This document shows, piece after piece, positions 58,049-64,000 of a stretch of 64,000 bases of DNA; the first letter of the stretch is position 1; each line of letters begins with the position of its first letter. The notes under the pieces are model-generated. The model made no database searches. It had not been told where the DNA came from and saw only the letters and a list, made by a program, of their open reading frames with translations. Location: positions 186-64,185 of the forward strand of contig JAHJEX010000006.1 of assembly GCA_018825385.1 (NCBI GenBank), given 5' to 3'. Origin of the DNA: Patescibacteria group bacterium (GTDB lineage Bacteria; Patescibacteriota; Patescibacteriia; UM-FILTER-42-10). The translations under genes and the position numbers were made by a program.

Positions 58049-58423
58049 ATGGTAACTGAACGGAAGACATCTGAAAAAAAAGATCAAAAAGGTGCAAACG
58101 GGGATGCCGATACAAAGGTAGTCCAGCGGATTCGAATCAAGATCAAAGCATACGACAGTAAGATTATTGATCAGTCGACTCGTACGATTATTGAAACTGC
58201 TGAAAGATCCGGTGCAAAAATATCCGGACCTGTGCCCTTGCCAACCGAAAAGAACAAGTACACGGTTAATAGATCTTCATTTGTTCATAAGACATCTAGA
58301 GAACAGTATGAAATGCGTATTCACAAACGCCTGATTGACATTATTGATCCTACTGCAAAGACTATCGATACGCTAATGAGCCTGAGTCTTCCAGCCGGAG
58401 TCGATGTGGAAATTAAAATGTAA
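58049..58423 (+). CDS. rpsJ: 30S ribosomal protein S10
   Basis: [34 protein letters not shown]. Confidence 0.96.
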   Translation: MVTERKTSEKKDQKGANGDADTKVVQRIRIKIKAYDSKIIDQSTRTIIETAERSGAKISGPVPLPTEKNKYTVNRSSFVHKTSREQYEMRIHKRLIDIIDPTAKTIDTLMSLSLPAGVDVEIKM

Positions 58424-58641
58424 AATAAAAACCTTTCAAAACAAAACATTCATAACTTATTTGGGTGTCAGTAATGATCCTGGGCACAGATCCAAGGATA
58501 TCGACTGGAGACTCAAAAACGTTATTACGGAGTCATAAATTCATCATACAAACTTAAGAGCGTAGTGTATCAGGGCTTAATCTGGGTCCGGATACTGATG
58601 ATGTAATTGTGGCTTTATCAGCCGCGATTTTTTTTAAAACT

Positions 58642-59451
58642 ATGAAATTTATTCTAGGTAAAAAACTGGGAATGTCGAGAAAGTTTCAAGAAGATGGAAC
58701 TGTTGTTCCTGTTACATTAGTTGAAGCCGGTCCTTGTGTGATTGTCCAAATAAAAACCGAAAAGAAAGATGGTTACAATGCTGTTCAGGTAGGTTTTGGC
58801 AAGAAAAAAAATGTCACAAAACCTGAAAAAGGACACGTAAAGGATTTGGAAACTTTTCGTTATTTGAGAGAATTCAGAGCAGATGGTGTAGATGCTTTTA
58901 AGAGGGGTGATGAATTTACTGCAGCAGTATTTAGTGAAGGTGATGAAATAAAAGTAACTGGTATTTCAATAGGCAAAGGATTCCAGGGCGTAGTGAAGCG
59001 CCATGGGTTCCATGGAAGTCCGGCAACTCACGGCCATAAAGATCAGTTACGAATGCCTGGTTCGATCGGATCTGCGTATCCAGAGCATGTTCGTAAAGGA
59101 AAAAGAATGGGTGGGCAAATGGGAAACCAGCAGGCAACTATAACTAATTTGAAGGTTGTGTCTGTGGATATAGAAAAAAATCAATTGGCAATTAAAGGCG
59201 GAATCCCCGGACCTACAAACAATCTTGTACTGATATATGGTGAAGGAGAAATGGTAATGAAACAGGAGAAAAATGAGGATATGAAAAAAGAAGTGAAGCC
59301 TGAAACAAAGCAAGAGACTCCAAAAAATAATGAAAAGGTGACAGGTAAACCAAAAGAATCAGTTAAAACTGCAGAAAAAATGGAAAACCCTTCGACTCGC
59401 CTCGATTCGGCGAAGCGGGCAAGCTCAGGGTCTAAAGAAGAAAAGAAATGA
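58642..59451 (+). CDS. rplC: 50S ribosomal protein L3 with charged C-terminal extension
   Basis: MKFILGKKLGM, GKGFQGVVKRH, RMPGSIG; start at ATG 58642. Confidence 0.96.
   Translation: MKFILGKKLGMSRKFQEDGTVVPVTLVEAGPCVIVQIKTEKKDGYNAVQVGFGKKKNVTKPEKGHVKDLETFRYLREFRADGVDAFKRGDEFTAAVFSEGDEIKVTGISIGKGFQGVVKRHGFHGSPATHGHKDQLRMPGSIGSAYPEHVRKGKRMGGQMGNQQATITNLKVVSVDIEKNQLAIKGGIPGPTNNLVLIYGEGEMVMKQEKNEDMKKEVKPETKQETPKNNEKVTGKPKESVKTAEKMENPSTRLDSAKRASSGSKEEKK
59387..59431. repeat. Nested short palindromic (REP-like) element within the rplC 3' extension
   Basis: ACCCTTCGA-[CTCGCCTCGATTCGGCGAAGCGGG]-CAAGCTCAGGGT; the reverse complement of the inner part matches the insert at 261-290. Confidence 0.7.
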
Positions 59452-60098
59452 GCAAAGTAACTGTCTACAATCAAGAAGGAAATAACGTTGGCGATGTTGA
59501 ATTACCAGCACAAATTTTTGGTGTAAAGATTAGTCCTGAATTGGTTCAGCAGGCAGTTGTTAGACAACAAGCAAATTCTAGGCAGGTGATTGCTCACACA
59601 AAGGGACGTAGTGATGTTAGAGGTGGTGGCCGCAAGCCTTGGGCTCAAAAAGGAACCGGCAGAGCAAGGCATGGTTCAATTCGATCACCGCTATGGGCTG
59701 GTGGAGGCGTAACTTTTGGTCCTTCAAAAGAAAGAAATTTTTCGAAGCGAATGAATCGTAAGGCAAAGAAAAAAGCTCTATTAATGGCACTTTCAGACCG
59801 TGCCCGAGAAAAGAAAGTGGTTGTAGTTGATAATTTGAAGCTTGCTGAGATTAAAACAAAAACCTTGATGAATATTTTGAATAAGCTTCCAATAAAGAAT
59901 AACAAGACTTTAGTGATTGTTCCTGAAACTGACAAAATCATTACAAAATCTGCAAACAATCTACCAATGGTTGAAACATGCCAGGCAGATAATTTAAATA
60001 TTCTCCAGGTTTTAAATGCGGAGTATTTATTGATTGCAAAGGATAGCATTTTGAAGATGAAGAAAACATATTTCAAAAAAGAAGATGTAAAGAAATAA
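59448..60098 (+). CDS. rplD: 50S ribosomal protein L4
   Basis: RGGGRKPWAQKGTGRARHGSIRSP. Confidence 0.97.
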   Translation: MSKVTVYNQEGNNVGDVELPAQIFGVKISPELVQQAVVRQQANSRQVIAHTKGRSDVRGGGRKPWAQKGTGRARHGSIRSPLWAGGGVTFGPSKERNFSKRMNRKAKKKALLMALSDRAREKKVVVVDNLKLAEIKTKTLMNILNKLPIKNNKTLVIVPETDKIITKSANNLPMVETCQADNLNILQVLNAEYLLIAKDSILKMKKTYFKKEDVKK

Positions 60099-60101
60099 AA
60101 A

Positions 60102-60623
60102 ATGGGATTACTTGATAAATTCAAAAAGAAAAGTAATACGAAAAAACCCGAAAAAAATGTAGAAAAGAAGTCTACAAAAACGGGGAAAGTTGATAGTGCA
60201 AAAAAGAAAAATCCTAAGACAAGATCGTTTGATCCCACACTAGTGCCATCTGCTGAAAAAGAAACTACATCAAAGAAAGATTCTTCAAAAAAGGAAGCGG
60301 TAAAACCATCACCAAAGAAAGCAAAAAAAGAAGATACCAAAAATGCATACCGTGTATTGATTCGGCCGGTCATCACAGAAAAAGCGACCAGCCTGGTTGC
60401 AAATGGTCAGTACGTTTTCGAAGTTGCGCCTGACGCAAATAAAGTTGAGATTAGAAAAGCAATCCAGAATTTGTATAGTGTTACGCCTGTAAAGGTAAGA
60501 ATAATGAATCAAAAGGCAAGAAGAGTCCAATACGGTCGCAATACAGGGACAACAAAGTTTTGGAAAAAGGCGATTGTGAATCTAAAATCTGGAGACAAGA
60601 TAGAAATACACGAGGGAGTTTAA
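60102..60623 (+). CDS. rplW: 50S ribosomal protein L23 with Lys-rich N-terminal extension
   Basis: RPVITEKA, ANKVEI..AI, KKAIV; ~75 extra N-terminal residues. Confidence 0.93.
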   Translation: MGLLDKFKKKSNTKKPEKNVEKKSTKTGKVDSAKKKNPKTRSFDPTLVPSAEKETTSKKDSSKKEAVKPSPKKAKKEDTKNAYRVLIRPVITEKATSLVANGQYVFEVAPDANKVEIRKAIQNLYSVTPVKVRIMNQKARRVQYGRNTGTTKFWKKAIVNLKSGDKIEIHEGV

Positions 60624-60632
60624 TATAAAATT

Positions 60633-61466
60633 ATGGCAATCAAGAAATACAAACCTAATCATGCTGGAAGAAGAAAGTCATCTGTTGACGCATTTTCTGA
60701 TATTACTAAAAAGAAGCCAGAAAAGAAGCTTACAGTCATAAAGAAAAAGACGGGTGGTCGTAATGCTCAGGGCAGGATCACAGTTCGACACATAGGTGGT
60801 GGAAACAAAAGGTTCATAAGAATAGTTGATTTTAAAAGAAATATATTTGATGTTCCTGCAGAGGTTTTAGCAATTGAGTATGATCCTAATCGTAATGCAC
60901 GGATTGCCCTTGTGCAGTACGAGGGTGGAGAAAAGAGCTATTTCCTAGCACCAGTTAATTTGAGAGTGGGGACACGAGTTGTTTCTTCAAAAAGTAAAAT
61001 AGATGTGAAAGCTGGTAATCGCTCGACAATTGAAAATATTCCCCCAGGAGTTATGGTATATAATGTTGAGCTTTCCCCCGGCAAAGGAGGGGAGTTAGCA
61101 AGATCGGCAGGGAATGGTATCATGATACAGTCGGTTGAAGGTGATAATGCACAGTTAAAACTTCCTTCAGGAGAGATTCGATTGGTTTCCAGTAAATGTA
61201 TGGCAACAATTGGCCAAGTTTCTAATCCTGACTACAGACATATTAGGTGGGGAAAGGCAGGAAGAACTAGAAGAAAAGGTATTCGGCCAACAGTAAGAGG
61301 TAAAGCAATGAACCCCGTAGATCATCCACATGGAGGAGGAGAAGGCCGTGCTCCGATCGGTCTTAAACGTCCAAAGACTCCATGGGGCAAACCTGCGCTT
61401 GGAGCAAGAACCAGAAGAAAGGGAAAGAAATCAGATAAGCATATTATCAAAAGGAGAAATAAATAA
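60633..61466 (+). CDS. rplB: 50S ribosomal protein L2
   Basis: EYDPNR, RPTVRGKAMNPVDHPHGGGEG. Confidence 0.98.
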   Translation: MAIKKYKPNHAGRRKSSVDAFSDITKKKPEKKLTVIKKKTGGRNAQGRITVRHIGGGNKRFIRIVDFKRNIFDVPAEVLAIEYDPNRNARIALVQYEGGEKSYFLAPVNLRVGTRVVSSKSKIDVKAGNRSTIENIPPGVMVYNVELSPGKGGELARSAGNGIMIQSVEGDNAQLKLPSGEIRLVSSKCMATIGQVSNPDYRHIRWGKAGRTRRKGIRPTVRGKAMNPVDHPHGGGEGRAPIGLKRPKTPWGKPALGARTRRKGKKSDKHIIKRRNK

Positions 61467-61808
61467 ATGGCAAGATCACTAAAAAAAGGACCTTTTACAG
61501 ATCCTAAACTCCTCAAAAAGCTTTCAAATTTAAGGCAAGGGGATAAAACAATTATCAAAACTTGGTCTCGTTCATCCACAATCACTCCTGAGATGGTCGG
61601 ATTTACGATGGGTGTTCATAATGGCAGAGAACATATTCCGGTATATGTTGTAGAAAATATGGTAGGTCATAAGCTTGGAGAATTTTCACCCACTAGAACA
61701 TTTTTCAGACATGGCGGTAGGATGCAGAAGGAACAAGATGCAGCACAGGCTGAAAATAGGAAGAAGGAAATGGAATCTGCCGGAAAAGAGTTAGATAAAA
61801 AAGAATAA
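61467..61808 (+). CDS. rpsS: 30S ribosomal protein S19
   Basis: [20 protein letters not shown]. Confidence 0.97.
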   Translation: MARSLKKGPFTDPKLLKKLSNLRQGDKTIIKTWSRSSTITPEMVGFTMGVHNGREHIPVYVVENMVGHKLGEFSPTRTFFRHGGRMQKEQDAAQAENRKKEMESAGKELDKKE

Positions 61809-61835
61809 TAATTATTTAAGAAATCTCAGAAATAG

Positions 61836-62375
61836 ATGGAAGTCAAAGCAAAACTAAGTCGGTTAAAAATAGCGCCCAGAAAAGTGCGATTGGTTATTAA
61901 TGTTGTCAAAGGTATGGATGTAGAAAAAGCCGAGCACCAACTTCAGTTTATGCAAAAAGGTGCCGCAGCCCCAGTACTTAAACTTCTGAAATCTGCAATT
62001 GCCAATGCTGTTAATAATTCAAAACTAGAAAAAAGTAATTTGTATGTTAAAGAGATTACAGCGAATGATGGCCCAGTACTTAAACGTTGGAAGCCAAGAG
62101 CATTTGGCAGAGCGACAGAAATTTTAAAAAGATCTTCCCATGTAGAAATTGTTCTGGGTGAACTGAAGGAGTCTAAGCCAGTGGCAAAAGATGCAAAAAA
62201 GAAAGATGCTAAAGATCAAAAAGAAGAATTGAAAGTGGTTGATGCGAATGAGATCAGAAAAGAGACTCAAGGTGAGCAGGGAAGAGAAGAAAAAGGTGAA
62301 ACAAAAGACAGAAAGTCTGGGCGCCGTTTTAAAGGCATGAAAGATGCATTTATTCATAGAACAGGAGACAAATAA
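61836..62375 (+). CDS. rplV: 50S ribosomal protein L22 with charged C-terminal extension
   Basis: APRKVRLV, SAIANA, PRAFGRA. Confidence 0.96.
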   Translation: MEVKAKLSRLKIAPRKVRLVINVVKGMDVEKAEHQLQFMQKGAAAPVLKLLKSAIANAVNNSKLEKSNLYVKEITANDGPVLKRWKPRAFGRATEILKRSSHVEIVLGELKESKPVAKDAKKKDAKDQKEELKVVDANEIRKETQGEQGREEKGETKDRKSGRRFKGMKDAFIHRTGDK

Positions 62376-62377
62376 TC

Positions 62378-63046
62378 ATGGGACGTAAAGTAAATCCACG
62401 AATATTTCGAATCGGAATTATCAATGAATCTAGTTCAAAGTGGTTTGCACAAAAGAACTATCGTGTTTTTTTGAAAGAGGATGTCCAAATTCGAGATTAT
62501 ATTAGAAAGAAATTACGTGAGGGTGGCGTAGCTAGAGTCGAGATTGAACGTTCTTCCGGCACAATCACCATAATTATTCATACAAGCAGACCTGGTGTAG
62601 TAATTGGACGAGGTGGTGCAGGAATCGAAGATCTGAAAAAGTTTATTAAACAAAAGTTCCTTGGTAGTCAAAAAATCAGTTTAAATATAAATATTCAAGA
62701 AGTAAGCAAGCCTGATGTTGTTGCTGAATTGATACTACAGGGACTGATTAGTCAAATTGAAAAAAGGCTTCCGTTTAGAAGAGTTATGAAGAGAGGGATA
62801 GATCAGGTCATTCGTGCCGGTGCAGAGGGAGTAAAGATAGTAATGGCCGGAAGGCTGAATGGAGTAGAGATTGCTAGAACTGAAACTCTTTCAGAAGGGA
62901 AAGTACCTCTTCACACTTTGCGTGCTGATGTTGACTACTCTCGTGGAACTGCACATACAACATATGGAACTATTGGGGTTAAGGTATGGATCTATAGAGG
63001 TGAAATATTTGAGAAAGATAAAAATAACATTAATAAAAAATCCTAA
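62378..63046 (+). CDS. rpsC: 30S ribosomal protein S3
   Basis: GRKVNP, RPGVVIG, GRLNGVEIAR, PLHTLRAD. Confidence 0.97.
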   Translation: MGRKVNPRIFRIGIINESSSKWFAQKNYRVFLKEDVQIRDYIRKKLREGGVARVEIERSSGTITIIIHTSRPGVVIGRGGAGIEDLKKFIKQKFLGSQKISLNINIQEVSKPDVVAELILQGLISQIEKRLPFRRVMKRGIDQVIRAGAEGVKIVMAGRLNGVEIARTETLSEGKVPLHTLRADVDYSRGTAHTTYGTIGVKVWIYRGEIFEKDKNNINKKS

Positions 63047-63064
63047 AAGTCGAACTGAAATATA

Positions 63065-63478
63065 ATGCTGACACCAAAGAAATTAAAATACAGAAAACCC
63101 TTCAAACCGAATCCAAGAGGCAAAGCCTCAAGAAAGATGGAATTGGCTTTTGGCAGTTACGGTCTGAAATCACTAGAAAATTCATGGATTTCGGACAGGC
63201 AAATTGAGGCAGCAAGGCGAGCGATGACCCGGTTTGTAAAGCGTGGTGGTAAAATTTGGATTAGGATTTTCCCACACAGCCCCATTACTGCAAAAGGTGG
63301 AGAAGTCGGTATGGGGGGAGGAAAGGGATCAGTAGAGAGATATGTTGCTACAGTAAAAAGCGGAACAATGCTGTTTGAAATGGACGGTGTACCTGAGGAT
63401 ATAGCTCGTGAAGCATTTAGACTAGCTTCTCACAAGCTACCAGTTAAGACAAAAATACTTGTTAAGAGGGGATTATAA
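63065..63478 (+). CDS. rplP: 50S ribosomal protein L16
   Basis: [26 protein letters not shown]. Confidence 0.97.
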   Translation: MLTPKKLKYRKPFKPNPRGKASRKMELAFGSYGLKSLENSWISDRQIEAARRAMTRFVKRGGKIWIRIFPHSPITAKGGEVGMGGGKGSVERYVATVKSGTMLFEMDGVPEDIAREAFRLASHKLPVKTKILVKRGL

Positions 63479-63483
63479 GAATC

Positions 63484-63693
63484 ATGAAGTGGAAAGAATT
63501 ACAAGAAAAGAATGAGAATGAACTCCAGAAGCTCTTAGCTGTTTCAAGGGAGCATTTAAGGGAATTGCGTTTCAAAACACATAATGAACAGTTGAAGAAT
63601 GTTCGTGAGATTAGAATAGAAAAAAAGAATATTTCTAACATCTTGACTTTACTTAAACAAGAACAAACAAAAACTAAGACTTCTGATAAATAA
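63484..63693 (+). CDS. rpmC: 50S ribosomal protein L29
   Basis: Helical 69 aa, LRELRF...QLKN..IR..KK.I..ILT; operon position. Confidence 0.9.
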   Translation: MKWKELQEKNENELQKLLAVSREHLRELRFKTHNEQLKNVREIRIEKKNISNILTLLKQEQTKTKTSDK

Positions 63694-63701
63694 TTATACA
63701 T

Positions 63702-63983
63702 ATGAGCGAAGAAATTACTACAAAAGAGCTTATTGATTCGACCAAGTCTGTCCCAAGAAAGAGAAAGTTCGTTGGCATTGTTGTTAGTGATTCTATGGAT
63801 AAAACAATTGTCGTTCGTGTCGATCGAGTTAAAACACACAAGAAATATCAAAAGCAATATGCTGTATCTAGAAAATACAAAGTACATGATGAAAAAAATA
63901 AATACAAAAAGGGTGATAAAGCTGAATTTATTGAATGTCGTCCTATTTCTAAAGACAAAAGATGGAGAGTTATTAATAAGTAA
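63702..63983 (+). CDS. rpsQ: 30S ribosomal protein S17
   Basis: GIVVSDSMDKTIVV, HDE, ECRPISKDKRW. Confidence 0.96.
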   Translation: MSEEITTKELIDSTKSVPRKRKFVGIVVSDSMDKTIVVRVDRVKTHKKYQKQYAVSRKYKVHDEKNKYKKGDKAEFIECRPISKDKRWRVINK

Positions 63984-64000
63984 CTATTAATCAGTAACTT

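Overview
AT-rich bacterial window using genetic code 11 (TGA = stop). The gene content and style point to Patescibacteria/CPR, probably Parcubacteria/ABY1-like (inference): type IV pilus locus without a secretin, several stand-alone receiver proteins, mostly SD-less AT-rich gene starts, and r-proteins with charged extensions. In order: (1) a truncated tRNA-Ser(TGA) with two decayed 5'-fragment copies carrying nested short palindromic inserts; (2) comF-clpC-htpX-lemA on the minus strand; (3) a ~31 kb surface/type IV pilus region with four large secreted proteins, pilM/N/O, an FN3 protein, pilB, a receiver protein, a catalytically degenerate pilT, pilC, the major pilin, a glycosylation cassette (two O-antigen-ligase/OTase-like TPR proteins, flippase, GTs, methyltransferases, initiating transferase), pilD and four minor pilins; (4) ligA-gatC-gatA, a receiver protein and ndk; (5) a ~4.5 kb regulatory island; (6) a PAS kinase with receiver, P-type ATPase, MscS, rpmB (missed by the ORF track) and an M50 protease; (7) the str and S10 ribosomal clusters. 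The island in (5) is the best candidate for an undescribed system. It holds four leader-peptide attenuators: two tandem Ile-rich and one Phe-rich in front of small unrecognised ORFs (including a repeated 5-Cys motif), and one Trp-Trp leader in front of trpB2. It also holds a 6S-like RNA. All calls are by eye; no searches were run.
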